From Candidatus Dormiibacterota bacterium (GTDB taxonomy: Bacteria > Chloroflexota > Dormibacteria > Aeolococcales > Aeolococcaceae): DNA of 64,000 bases. The translations under genes were made by a program, and so were the position numbers. The number at the start of each line of letters is the position of its first letter. Within the stretch, counting starts at the first letter, position 1. The stretch covers positions 9,342-73,341 of the forward strand of contig DAISRJ010000002.1 in NCBI GenBank assembly GCA_036828955.1, read 5' to 3'. This document shows positions 10,611 to 21,501 of the stretch, one piece after another. The notes below the pieces were generated by a model. That model was given only the letters and a program-made list of their open reading frames with translations. It searched no databases and had not been told where the DNA came from.

Positions 10611-11267
10611 GTGCCGTCGATCTCCCCCGGCCCAGAGGACGACGCCGTGCCCGGCGCAGCGCCCCACGTCATCCGCGTGCTCGTGGCCGACGACCACCCG
10701 GTGGTGCGCCAGGGCCTGTGCACCATGCTCGAGCTCGAGGACGACATCGTGGTGGTGGGGCGAGCGGCCGACGGCGAGGAGGCGGTGAGCCTGGCCCGCA
10801 GCGAACGCCCCGACATCACCCTGCTCGACGTGCAGATGCCCATCCTCGACGGCATCGAGGCGCTGCGCCGCATCCGCGCCGAGGACCCCGACGCCAAGGT
10901 CATCGTCCTCACCACGTACCGCAATGAGGACTACATCTTTCCCTCGCTCCGTGCCGGCGCCCGCGGCTACCTGCTCAAGGACTCGTCACGCGAGGAGCTG
11001 GCCAGCGCCATCCGCGCGGTGGCCGCGGGCGAATCGCTGCTCGACCCCGAGATGGTGCTCGCCGCGACGGACGACGCCGGGCTCACGGCACGGGAGCTCG
11101 ACGTGCTGACGCTGATGGCCGACGGGCACAGCAATGCGCAGATCGCGGCCAGCCTGTTTGTCAGCGAGAACACCGTCAAGACCCACGTCCGCCGGATCTT
11201 CGACAAGCTCGGCTCGCGCGACCGTGCCGCCGCTGTGCTTCAGGCCTGGAAGCGACACGTCATCTGA
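10611..11267 (+). CDS. Two-component response regulator, NarL/LuxR family
   Basis: REC domain (VLVADDHPVVRQG, phospho-acceptor Asp in LLDVQMP) plus a C-terminal LuxR HTH (LTARELDVLTLMADGHSNAQIA). Confidence 0.9.
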   Translation: MPSISPGPEDDAVPGAAPHVIRVLVADDHPVVRQGLCTMLELEDDIVVVGRAADGEEAVSLARSERPDITLLDVQMPILDGIEALRRIRAEDPDAKVIVLTTYRNEDYIFPSLRAGARGYLLKDSSREELASAIRAVAAGESLLDPEMVLAATDDAGLTARELDVLTLMADGHSNAQIAASLFVSENTVKTHVRRIFDKLGSRDRAAAVLQAWKRHVI

Positions 11268-11306
11268 GGCGGCGCCTCTGCCTGCTCCACATAGACTCCG
11301 GCCGCG

Positions 11307-12583
<1,277 letters not shown>

Positions 12584-12584
<1 letters not shown>

Positions 12585-13639
12585 TGGGGTCGCCGGGGGT
12601 CATCTCCCTCTACGCCGACCGTCTTCCGATCACACCGTCGACGCCCCGCATCACCCTGTTCGAAGGCGGGACGCCGTGCGTGCCGGCGCCGCGGCTGTGC
12701 GAGCAGCTCGGCCTGGGCTCGCTCCACCTCAAGGTCGAGGGTCTGAACCCGACGGGGTCGTTCAAAGACCGAGGCATGGTCGTCGCCGTGGCGCGAGCCC
12801 TCGAGGCGGGCAGCCGCGCGCTGGTGTGCGCCAGCACCGGCAACACTTCGGCGTCGGCCGCGGCGTACGGCGCCCGCTTCGGCCTGCGCACCATCGTGGT
12901 CATCCCCATGGGCCGCATCGCCACGGGCAAGCTGGTCCAGGCGCAGGTGCACGGCTCCCAGGTTCTGGCCATACCCGGCAATTTCGACCAGGCGCTGGCG
13001 GCGGTCCGCCGCCTCGCCGCCGAGCACCCGGTGACGCTGGTCAACTCTGTCAATCCATACCGCATCGAGGGACAGAAGACGGCTGCGTTCGAGATCGTCG
13101 ACGACCTCGGCGATGCTCCCGACGTTGTGGCCATCCCGGTGGGCAACGCGGGCAACATCACCGCCTACTGGCGGGGCTTTCGTGAGTACTTCGCCGACGG
13201 CCTCTGTACCCGGCTTCCACGCATGCTCGGCGGCCAGGCCTCGGGCGCCGCGCCGCTCGTGCTCGGGCACCCGGTGTCCGAGCCGGAGACGTTCGCCAGC
13301 GCCATCCGCATCGGCAACCCCGCGTCGTGGCAGGGCGCGATCGACGCGCGCGACCAGTCGGAGGGGGCCATCCTCGCCGTCGAGGACGCCGAGATCCTGG
13401 CCGCCCAGCGCGACCTTGCGGCCCTGGAGGGCGTGTTCTGCGAGCCGGCCTCGGCGACGTCGCTGGCGGTGCTGCGTGCGGCCGTCCGCGACGGCATCGT
13501 GGCCCGCGGTGCGGCCGTGGTCTGCGTGCTCACGGGCAACGGGCTCAAGGACGCCGCGGTCGCCGCCGAGGGTTTGCCAGCACCCACCGCCGTGAGCGGC
13601 GACGCATCGTCACTCGCCGAGGCGCTGGGGTTCGCATGA
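12584..13639 (+). CDS. thrC: Threonine synthase
   Basis: PLP-dependent fold-type II with lysine motif FKDRGM. Its start overlaps the hom stop. Confidence 0.9.
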
Positions 13640-14544
13640 GGGCGGTGATTCGCGTCCCCGCCACTGTGGCCAACCTCGGGCCCGGTTTCGACATGCTCGC
13701 GCTCGCCCTGCAGGTGCAGAACGACGTCGTTGCCGAGACCACGGGCAGTGGCGCTGTGACCGTCGACCTCGACCCCCACCCGGACGACGCCCAGCTCCTC
13801 GACCCCACCCGCAACCTCGTCGCCCGCGCCTACGTGGAGAGCTGCGAGCGCCTCGGCGTGGCAGATGAGGAGCGCGGCGTGCACCTGTCCTGCGTCAACG
13901 CCATACCGATGGCGCGCGGCCTGGGCTCGAGCGCCGCGGCCACCCTCAGCGGCGTGCTCGTCGCCGTGGCCCTGCATCGCGCCACCTGGGACGAGGCACA
14001 GATCCTCGACTGCGCGGCGCACTTCGAGGGCCACCTCGACAACCTCGCGGCGGCCCTGCTCGGCGGCGTGGTGATCTGCGCGCCGGGAGCGGCGGTGCAG
14101 CGCATCGACGCGCCCGATGACCTTCACGCGGTTGTCTTCTCGCCCGAGGCGCGCCTGGCCACGAGCGAGGCGCGCCGGGTGGTGGCTTCGACCTTCTCGC
14201 GAGCCGACGCAGTGTTCAACGCGTCGCGGTGTGCACTGCTGATCCGCGCCCTGGCGCTGCGCGACTACGGCGCGCTGCGCGACGCCATGGACGACCGCTG
14301 GCACCAGCGTCAGCGGGCGGCGCTCTTTCCCGCCCTGCCCGCGTTGATCGACGCGGCCTACGACGGCGGCGCCGACGGAGCCTGCCTGGCGGGCGCGGGC
14401 CCGTCGGTGCTGGCGCTGTGCTCGCGCGACCCGGACGCCGTCGAGGACGCGCTTGTATCCGCGGCCCGGCTGCTCGAGGTGCCGGGAACAGCGATGCGCC
14501 TGCGCCTGCGCAACTTCGGCTCCCGCGTCGACGTGCGCCCGTGA
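13636..14544 (+). CDS. thrB: Homoserine kinase
   Basis: Start [19 protein letters not shown] (GHMP kinase motif) overlaps the thrC stop as ATGA. The upstream part of track ORF 13327.. is rejected. Confidence 0.85.
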   Translation: MRAVIRVPATVANLGPGFDMLALALQVQNDVVAETTGSGAVTVDLDPHPDDAQLLDPTRNLVARAYVESCERLGVADEERGVHLSCVNAIPMARGLGSSAAATLSGVLVAVALHRATWDEAQILDCAAHFEGHLDNLAAALLGGVVICAPGAAVQRIDAPDDLHAVVFSPEARLATSEARRVVASTFSRADAVFNASRCALLIRALALRDYGALRDAMDDRWHQRQRAALFPALPALIDAAYDGGADGACLAGAGPSVLALCSRDPDAVEDALVSAARLLEVPGTAMRLRLRNFGSRVDVRP

Positions 14545-15758
14545 GCGTGGTCGTGCAGAAGTACGGGGGGAGCAGCCTCGCCGGCGTGGAGCGGCTTCGC
14601 GCGGTGGCGGAGCGCGTCGCGCAGACGCGGAGCCGCAACGACCGCGTCGTCGTCGTGGTGAGCGCGATGGGTGACACCACCGACGAGCTGACCGCCCTCG
14701 CCCACCAGCTCAACGAGGATCCGCCCTCGCGCGAGATGGACATGCTGCTCAGCACCGGTGAGACGGTGACCGCGCCGCTGCTGGCCATGGCTCTGGCGGC
14801 GCGCGGGGTCGATGCGGTGTCCCTCACCGGGATGCAGGCCGGAATCCGCACCAGCGGCGCCCACCGCAGCGCGCGCATCGTCGACATCGTCCCGCAGCGG
14901 ATCGTCGACCACCTCAGCGCCGGCCACGTCGTCATCGTCGCCGGGTTCCAGGGCGTGTCCGAACAGCTCGATGTCACCACGCTCGGCCGTGGCGGGTCGG
15001 ACACCACCGCGGTCGCGCTGGCGGTGGCGCTGCACGCCGACCAGTGCGAGATCTTCACCGACGTCGCCGGCATCCACAGCGCCGACCCGCGCGTGGTCGG
15101 CGACGCCCGCCCGGTCGCCTCGATCGACTACGACGAGATGCTCGAGCTCGCCTCCGCGGGCGCCACGGTGTTGCACCCACGGGCGGTCGAGATCGGCGCG
15201 GCATACTCCATGCCGATCAGGGTGCGCTCGGCGTTCGTCGATGGCCCCGGAACGCTCATTGGAAGACAGCACCACATGGAAGACCTCCCCAAGGTGCGCG
15301 GCATCGCCCACGAGACCGACGTCGCCAAGGTGACCTTGCTCGGTGTCCCCGACCGCCCCGGCATCGCCGCCGCGGTGTTCGGACCGCTCGGCAGCGCGCA
15401 CATCAACGTGGACATCATCGTCCAGAACGTGAGCCATTCGGGACATACAGACCTCTCGTTCACCCTGGCCGAGTCCGACCTGAACCGGGCGCGCCCGGTG
15501 CTCGACCGCGTCGTCGCCGGCGTCGGCGCCGACGGCTATGACGCCGACCGCGACATCGCCAAGGTCACCGTGGTGGGCGCGGGGATCCTCGGGACCCCGG
15601 GCGTGGTGGCGCGCATCTTCGAGGCCCTGGCCGGCGAGTTGATCAACATCAAGATGATCAGCACCGGCGAGATCCGGGTCACCTGCATCATCGAGAGGTC
15701 GCGCGTCGAGGACGCGGTCCGGGCGCTGCACCACACCTTCGAACTCGACCTGCTGTGA
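14541..15758 (+). CDS. lysC: Aspartate kinase
   Basis: GTG start overlaps the thrB stop as GTGA. VVQKYGGSSL, kinase domain and two C-terminal ACT domains. Confidence 0.85.
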   Translation: MSVVVQKYGGSSLAGVERLRAVAERVAQTRSRNDRVVVVVSAMGDTTDELTALAHQLNEDPPSREMDMLLSTGETVTAPLLAMALAARGVDAVSLTGMQAGIRTSGAHRSARIVDIVPQRIVDHLSAGHVVIVAGFQGVSEQLDVTTLGRGGSDTTAVALAVALHADQCEIFTDVAGIHSADPRVVGDARPVASIDYDEMLELASAGATVLHPRAVEIGAAYSMPIRVRSAFVDGPGTLIGRQHHMEDLPKVRGIAHETDVAKVTLLGVPDRPGIAAAVFGPLGSAHINVDIIVQNVSHSGHTDLSFTLAESDLNRARPVLDRVVAGVGADGYDADRDIAKVTVVGAGILGTPGVVARIFEALAGELINIKMISTGEIRVTCIIERSRVEDAVRALHHTFELDLL

Positions 15759-15768
15759 GAGCGTCGGC

Positions 15769-16863
15769 ATGAGCCTCTCGGTGGGCATCGTCGGCCTGCC
15801 CAACGCCGGCAAGTCGACGCTCTTCAACGCGCTGACCGCGGCCGGCGCCACCGTGGGCAACTACCCGTTCACGACGATCGAGCCCAACACCGGGGTCGTC
15901 TCCGTGCCCGATGAGCGGCTCGAACGGCTGGCGCAGCTGTTCCACCCGCCCCGGGTCATCCCGGCGACGGTGACCTTCACAGACATCGCCGGCCTGGTCC
16001 GTGGAGCCAGCCGGGGCGAGGGCCTGGGCAACAAGTTCCTCGGCCACATCCGCGAGTGCGACGCCATCGCGCTGGTCGTGCGTGACTTCGAGGACTCCGA
16101 CATCACCCACGTCGAGGGCAGCGTCGACCCAGTCCGCGACATCGACGTCGTGGAGCTCGAGCTGCAGCTCGCCGACCTGGAGACGGTGACCAAGCGCCTC
16201 GACAAGGCGGAGAAGGCGGTTCGCCTGCAGAAGGACAAGGAGAGCGTCGCCGAGGTCATCGAGGTCCTGCGCCGCGTGCGCGACCACCTCGACGCTGGCG
16301 CGCCGGTGCGCACCCTCGGTCTCAGCGCGGCCGAGCGGGCCTCGTTGCATGAGCTCTGGCTGCTCACCGCCAACCCTCTCGTGGTGGTCGTCAATGTCGC
16401 CGAGACAGCCAGCACCGCCGCCCCGTCGGCGGCCATCCGCGCGCGCGCCGAGCAGAGCGGCGCCGACGTGGTGGTCATCTCAGCGCGCATCGAGTCCGAG
16501 CTGGCCGAGCTCGACCCCGGCGACCGCCAGGCCTTCCTCGCGGACCTTGGCATCGCCGAGCCTGGCCTCGACCTCCTCGCCCGCCACGCCCACAGCCTCC
16601 TCGACCTGGTCACCTTCTTCACCGCCGGGGAGAAGGAGGTGCGCGCTTGGGAGCTGCGCCGCGGGCTCACCGCCGTGGACGCCGCGGGCGTGATTCACAC
16701 CGACTTCGCCAAGGGGTTCATCCGCGCCGAGGTCTGCGACGCCGAGGACCTGCTCGCCGCCGGCTCGTACAACACGCTCCGCGAGCAGGGCAGGCAGCGC
16801 CTCGAGGGGCGCGACTACATCGTCCGCGACGGCGACGTCGTGCATTTCCGGTTCAACGTCTGA
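15769..16863 (+). CDS. ychF: Ribosome-binding ATPase YchF
   Basis: GLPNAGKSTLFNALT P-loop, 364 aa, TGS-like C-terminus. Confidence 0.9.
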   Translation: MSLSVGIVGLPNAGKSTLFNALTAAGATVGNYPFTTIEPNTGVVSVPDERLERLAQLFHPPRVIPATVTFTDIAGLVRGASRGEGLGNKFLGHIRECDAIALVVRDFEDSDITHVEGSVDPVRDIDVVELELQLADLETVTKRLDKAEKAVRLQKDKESVAEVIEVLRRVRDHLDAGAPVRTLGLSAAERASLHELWLLTANPLVVVVNVAETASTAAPSAAIRARAEQSGADVVVISARIESELAELDPGDRQAFLADLGIAEPGLDLLARHAHSLLDLVTFFTAGEKEVRAWELRRGLTAVDAAGVIHTDFAKGFIRAEVCDAEDLLAAGSYNTLREQGRQRLEGRDYIVRDGDVVHFRFNV

Positions 16864-17109
16864 CGAGCGTCCGGGGTGGGCTGCAGACGCCGGGTTGGAT
16901 CGGCCTCCATCAGGATGGAAGCCGAGGGTGGTGAGGGCTCCCGGCGCCTGCTGCCCGTGGTTCCCGGATGAAGGGCGCGACCCAACATCTGGTGGTGCCA
17001 TGACCAACATACCACACCATGCGGGGGTGGCTGCAGGGCGCCGCGGCCACCGCTCCACTTGGCAGAGAGCGCGGCCCCGAACTCGATCCGATAGGCTTCG
17101 CCGCGCGCC

Positions 17110-17508
17110 ATGGCCAAGAAGACTCGCAAGCAGAAACAGCGCGCCGCCACGCGCCGGCCCGGCATGCCCGCGACGGCGACCCCCGACGGCATCGCGCCGG
17201 CGACGGCGGCGGGCGATGACGACGCGGGCGTTGTGGCGGTGACGACGGTGCCGGTGGCGGCGGTCGATGCCGATCCGACGCGTCGCCGCGTGGAACGCGT
17301 CTCGGGGCTGACCCCCGGGCTTCGCGTCAGGCCGGCCCGCAGCCAGGCACCCGGCTACATCCAGCCGCTGGAGAGCGACGATGCCGCCATCCCGTTCGAC
17401 CGCGTCCCCTATGTGCCGGCCGACCTGCGTCGCGTCGCGATCATCGCCGGGATCATGATCGCACTCATCATCATTGCGGACATCATTGTCAGCAACGTGG
17501 TGAAGTAG
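17110..17508 (+). CDS. Small tail-anchored membrane protein (hypothetical)
   Basis: 132 aa with a Lys/Arg-rich N-terminus (MAKKTRKQKQRAATRRP), a low-complexity middle and a single C-terminal TM (VAIIAGIMIALIIIADIIV) followed by only 5 residues. GC3 is high throughout. The next gene begins 8 nt downstream. Confidence 0.5.
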   Translation: MAKKTRKQKQRAATRRPGMPATATPDGIAPATAAGDDDAGVVAVTTVPVAAVDADPTRRRVERVSGLTPGLRVRPARSQAPGYIQPLESDDAAIPFDRVPYVPADLRRVAIIAGIMIALIIIADIIVSNVVK

Positions 17509-17515
17509 GCCGCTG

Positions 17516-18688
17516 TTGAGAGTCATCCTCTACACGGGCAAGGGCGGGGTGGGCAAGACCACGGTGGCGGCGGCGACCGCCGTGGCATGCGCCAAGCTGG
17601 GCCATCGCACCCTGATCATCTCCACGGACGCCGCCCATTCCCTCGGCGACTCATTCGACATGGAGCTCGGCGATCATCCCACCCGGGTCACGCAGAACCT
17701 CGACGCGCAGGAGATCAACGCCCTCCACGAGATGGAGGAGCACTGGGACCGTGTCCATCGCTACCTGATCTCGCTGTTCGCCTCCTGGGGCGTTGACGAC
17801 TTCGTCGCCGAGGAGATGGCCACGCCCCCCGGCATGGAGGAGGTGGCCAGCCTGATGTGGATCAAGCGGCACAAGGAGCAGGGCAACTACGACGTCGTCA
17901 TCGTCGACTGCGCGCCCACCGGCGAGACCCTGCAGCTGCTCGCCTTCCCCGACGTGGCGCGTTGGTACCTCACCAAGATCTTCCCGCTGGAACGCAAGGT
18001 CTGGAAGGTGGCCAGGCCGATGGTGCAGCCGTTCACCAACATCCCCCTGCCCACCGACGACATCTTCGGACACGTCAAGGATCTCCTCTTCGACCTCGAC
18101 GGCATGAAGAACATCCTCGGCGATCCCAAGGTGTGCACCATCCGCCTTGTCCTCAACCTCGAGAAGATGGTGGTCAAGGAGGCACAGCGGGCCTTCACCT
18201 ACCTCTGCCTGTACGACTACCTCACCGACCTCGTGATCGTGAACCGCGTCCTCCCCGAGGAGGTGACCGACGAGTACTTCGCCGCCTGGCATCGCAGCCA
18301 GAAGAAGTACGACGCCATGGTCGACACCGCGTTCTCCCCGGTCCCGATCCGGCGCACGCCCCTGTTCGACCACGAGATCGTGGGCCTGACGTCACTGGGT
18401 GAGATGGCCGAGGCGATCTTCGGCGACACCGATCCCACCAAGCACTTCCACACGACCGTGCCCCAGAACCTCAAGAAGGTGGGCAACAACTACGAGCTGC
18501 GCTTGCAGCTGCCCTTCGTCGGCAAGGACGAGATCGACATCACCCACCGCCCCGGTGAGCTCTTCGTCAGCGTGGGCCCGTACAAACGTGAGATCAGCCT
18601 TCCGCGGGTGCTCAACGGCACCAAGGTGACCCGCGGAAAGCTCGATGATGGTGTGCTGAAGGTCACGTTCTCGGGGGCATCGAAATGA
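17516..18688 (+). CDS. ArsA/Get3-family ATPase with C-terminal HSP20-like (ArsA_HSP20) domain
   Basis: P-loop GKGGVGKTT, TDAAHSL switch and DCAPTGETLQLL (ArsA DTAPTGHT-like). The C-terminal 80 aa form a beta-rich alpha-crystallin-like domain. Confidence 0.85.
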   Translation: MRVILYTGKGGVGKTTVAAATAVACAKLGHRTLIISTDAAHSLGDSFDMELGDHPTRVTQNLDAQEINALHEMEEHWDRVHRYLISLFASWGVDDFVAEEMATPPGMEEVASLMWIKRHKEQGNYDVVIVDCAPTGETLQLLAFPDVARWYLTKIFPLERKVWKVARPMVQPFTNIPLPTDDIFGHVKDLLFDLDGMKNILGDPKVCTIRLVLNLEKMVVKEAQRAFTYLCLYDYLTDLVIVNRVLPEEVTDEYFAAWHRSQKKYDAMVDTAFSPVPIRRTPLFDHEIVGLTSLGEMAEAIFGDTDPTKHFHTTVPQNLKKVGNNYELRLQLPFVGKDEIDITHRPGELFVSVGPYKREISLPRVLNGTKVTRGKLDDGVLKVTFSGASK

Positions 18689-18930
18689 GCGAAGCGGGCG
18701 TCTTTTCGGCAAAGATGTTGAGCGACGCGGCGCGGCTGCTGGCCAGCTCGGTCACCGAGCTCGTGCCCGTCGAGGCCCAGCAGCACCTCCTCACCGCGCA
18801 GCGCGAGCTGCTCCTCGCCATCGCAGTCATCATCGAGCACAACGCCGGCCGCACCCCGCGCAACCCGCGCGCCAGCGGCACGACGCGCAAGCCGGCGACC
18901 CGCCGTCCCAAGCGTGTCGAGCTAGATTGA
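18685..18930 (+). CDS. Hypothetical small helical protein (81 aa) overlapping the ArsA-like stop and the NUDIX start
   Basis: ATGA overlap with the upstream stop and a 4-nt overlap with the downstream TTG start. Helical with a basic C-terminal tail. No recognisable domain. Confidence 0.45.
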   Translation: MSEAGVFSAKMLSDAARLLASSVTELVPVEAQQHLLTAQRELLLAIAVIIEHNAGRTPRNPRASGTTRKPATRRPKRVELD

Positions 18931-19481
18931 CGCGGCGCGACCGCCGGGCCGAGAGTCCGTCGCAGGTGGTCGTGGACGGGGTTGTGTGGCCGGTGCAGGG
19001 TGCCCAGGTGGCGATTCTCGACGGCTCGCGTGTCCTCCTCCAGCTGCGTCCCTTCCCGCCCGGTTGGGAGCTCCCCGGCGGCCACGTCGAGCCCGACGAG
19101 GACCCCGCCCAGACGGCGGTCCGCGAGGCCGAGGAGGAGACCGGGCTGCGGGTCAACATCCGCGGCCTCGTCGGCGTGTACTCGTGGAGCGGGCTGCGCA
19201 ACGCCGCGGACGCCGTGTTCCTCGCCGAGGTCGCCGGCGGGCATGCGCGCTGGAGCCTCGAGTCGCTGAGAACCATCTACGTCACCGCCGACGGCATCCC
19301 CCGCACCGCATTCCCCTGGTGCCGCCAGCGCGTCTACGACGCCTTGGCCCGTTCCGAGGGCGCTCCGCCTGTGCACCGCGTGCAGCCGATCACGCCGCGC
19401 ACGGTGGCGGCGTTCAGCACGAGCTGGCTGAGCTCGCCCTTCGACAGGCTGCGCGGCCGGGGGGGGCACGAGGGTGGCTAG
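18927..19481 (+). CDS. NUDIX hydrolase
   Basis: Nudix box GGHVEPDEDPAQTAVREAEEETG. The TTG start overlaps the upstream stop. Confidence 0.8.
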   Translation: MTRRDRRAESPSQVVVDGVVWPVQGAQVAILDGSRVLLQLRPFPPGWELPGGHVEPDEDPAQTAVREAEEETGLRVNIRGLVGVYSWSGLRNAADAVFLAEVAGGHARWSLESLRTIYVTADGIPRTAFPWCRQRVYDALARSEGAPPVHRVQPITPRTVAAFSTSWLSSPFDRLRGRGGHEGG

Positions 19482-19529
19482 ACAGCGGCAGGTCGCCCGA
19501 GGGGGCGGGCGCCACCACTCCGCCCGGCC

Positions 19530-20519
19530 GTGACCCCGGCCATGCTCTTCGCCGGCGGCCTGGTGCTGATCGTGACGGCATCGGAGCTGTTCACCAACGC
19601 CGTGGAGTGGACGGGCTATCGACTCAAGCTCGCCAGCGGGGCCACGGGCAGCCTGCTCGCAGCCCTGGGAACGTCGCTGCCCGAGACGGTGGTGCCCGTG
19701 GTGGCGCTGATCAGCGGCGAGCCGTCGGCGGCGTCGGTGGCGACGGGCGCGGTCCTCGGCTCCGCCTTTCTCCTTCTCGGCGTGGGCACGGCGGTGACCG
19801 GGGCGGCGGTGCTCCTGCGGCGCAGCCGGCGCCGCCTCGAGCCACAGGCGGGGCAGGTGCGCCGCGACCTCGGCCTCTTCATCGGGGGGTTCTCCGTGGT
19901 GCTCGTGGCCATCATCCTGCCGCGGCCGCTGCGGATCGTCCTGGGCATCTGCCTGCTCGTCGCCTACGCCCTCTACGTGCGCGCCACCCTTGCCGGCGGC
20001 GCTCCCTCGGAGGCGGCGCCCGAGCCGCTGCACCTGGCTCGCTGGCGCGAGGGCGAGCCGGCATCGCGGTGGATCGGCGTCCAGCTGGTGGGAGCCGTGG
20101 CCATGCTCATCCTCGGGTCCGACCTGTTCGTGCGCGGCCTCAACGACGTGGCGTCGTCCCTGCACACCAATCCCCTGACGCTCGCCCTGATCGTCATCCC
20201 CGTGGCCACCGAGCTCCCCGAAACCCTCAACAGCGTGCTCTGGGTGCGCAGCCACGACGACGCGCTCGCCTTCGGCAACGTGGCCGGCTCGGCCGCCTTC
20301 CAGGCATGCATCCTCGGCTTCATCGGGCTCAGCTTCACGCCGTGGCGGCCCGACTTCAACGGCGTGCTCAGCGGCCTGCTCACCCTCGGCGTCGCCGTGT
20401 ACCTGCTGGCGCTCCTCCATCGCGGCTCGGCCCACGGACGCTGGCTCCTCCTCGCCGGCCTGCCGTGGGTGGGCTACGTGGTGGCCGAGATCATTGCCGG
20501 TGGCCGCCTGGGGTCGTGA
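19530..20519 (+). CDS. Ca2+/Na+ antiporter, CaCA family (YrbG-like)
   Basis: Two alpha-repeats, GTSLPE and ATELPE, and about 10 TM helices. Confidence 0.85.
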   Translation: MTPAMLFAGGLVLIVTASELFTNAVEWTGYRLKLASGATGSLLAALGTSLPETVVPVVALISGEPSAASVATGAVLGSAFLLLGVGTAVTGAAVLLRRSRRRLEPQAGQVRRDLGLFIGGFSVVLVAIILPRPLRIVLGICLLVAYALYVRATLAGGAPSEAAPEPLHLARWREGEPASRWIGVQLVGAVAMLILGSDLFVRGLNDVASSLHTNPLTLALIVIPVATELPETLNSVLWVRSHDDALAFGNVAGSAAFQACILGFIGLSFTPWRPDFNGVLSGLLTLGVAVYLLALLHRGSAHGRWLLLAGLPWVGYVVAEIIAGGRLGS

Positions 20520-20583
20520 CGACGGCGCGCCCGACCCGATCGCGAGAATGGAAGGCGCCGGCTCGGCGCAACCAGGAGGGAGC

Positions 20584-21489
20584 ATGAATCTCGACGGAAA
20601 GGTCGCTGTCGTCACCGGCAGCGGGCGGGGCATCGGGCGAGCCTACGCGCGCGCTCTCGCCGAGGCGGGCTGCGCCGTGGTCGTCAACGACGTCGACGGC
20701 GACGTCGCCGACTCCTGCGTGAGGGAGCTCACCGACATGGGGGCGCGGGCGGTTGCCGAGGTGGTCGCCGTCGGCAGCGTCGAGGCCGCCGACAGGCTGG
20801 TGCAGCGCGCTGTCGACAGCTTTGGCGGCATCGACGTGATGTGCACCAATGCGGGCATCCTGCGCGACCGCGTGCTCTGGAAGATGAGCGACGAGGACTT
20901 CGACGCCGTCATCGACACGCACCTGCGAGGCACCTTCACCTGTGCCCGGGCTGCCGCCATCAGGATGCGTGAGCAGGGCCGCGGCGGCCGCATCGTGGTG
21001 ATCTCCTCGTGGGCTGGTCAGCGGGGCAACTTCGGACAGACCAACTACGCCGCGGCCAAGGCCGGCATCGCCGCCTTCGCGCGCACCTGGGCGATGGAGC
21101 TTGCCCGGGCCGAGATCACCGTCAACGCCATCGTCCCCAACGCCATGACCCGGATGATCGCCAGCATCCCGGGCATGGCGGAACTGGTCAAGTCCACAGC
21201 CGACGGCGACCCACTCCCCGACACGGTCCGCAAGGAGATGGGCATGGGCACGCCCGAGGACGTCGCCCCCCTGGTCGTCTTCCTCTGCTCCGACGCCGCC
21301 AGGGAGGTGACCGGTCAGTGCATCGGGCTCGGTGGCGACAAGCTCTCGCTCTGGTCACACCCCCAGGAGATCAGCGCCGCCTACCGCGACGGCGGCTGGA
21401 CCGCCGACGCCATCGCCGAGGTATGGGGGTCATCGGTCGGTTCACGATTGGAGACGTACGGCATCCCGTTCCTCGGCGGCGGCCGGTAG
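20584..21489 (+). CDS. SDR-family NAD(P)-dependent oxidoreductase with about 50-aa C-terminal extension
   Basis: ATG preceded by GGAGGG. TGSGRGIGRAY cofactor motif and a catalytic YAAAK motif. The track ORF start at 20494 is rejected in favour of the RBS-supported ATG. Confidence 0.85.
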   Translation: MNLDGKVAVVTGSGRGIGRAYARALAEAGCAVVVNDVDGDVADSCVRELTDMGARAVAEVVAVGSVEAADRLVQRAVDSFGGIDVMCTNAGILRDRVLWKMSDEDFDAVIDTHLRGTFTCARAAAIRMREQGRGGRIVVISSWAGQRGNFGQTNYAAAKAGIAAFARTWAMELARAEITVNAIVPNAMTRMIASIPGMAELVKSTADGDPLPDTVRKEMGMGTPEDVAPLVVFLCSDAAREVTGQCIGLGGDKLSLWSHPQEISAAYRDGGWTADAIAEVWGSSVGSRLETYGIPFLGGGR

Positions 21490-21501
21490 CCGCGGGTCGC
21501 G

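Noticed and set aside
16864-17109. 246-nt intergenic region upstream of the tail-anchored ORF as a possible sRNA/riboswitch (repeated GGGTGGGCTGCAG / GGGGTGGCTGCAGGGCG motifs)
   Set aside because: No recognisable riboswitch core (SAM, TPP, c-di-AMP/ydaO, 6C) could be matched by eye. Kept only as an untested possibility.
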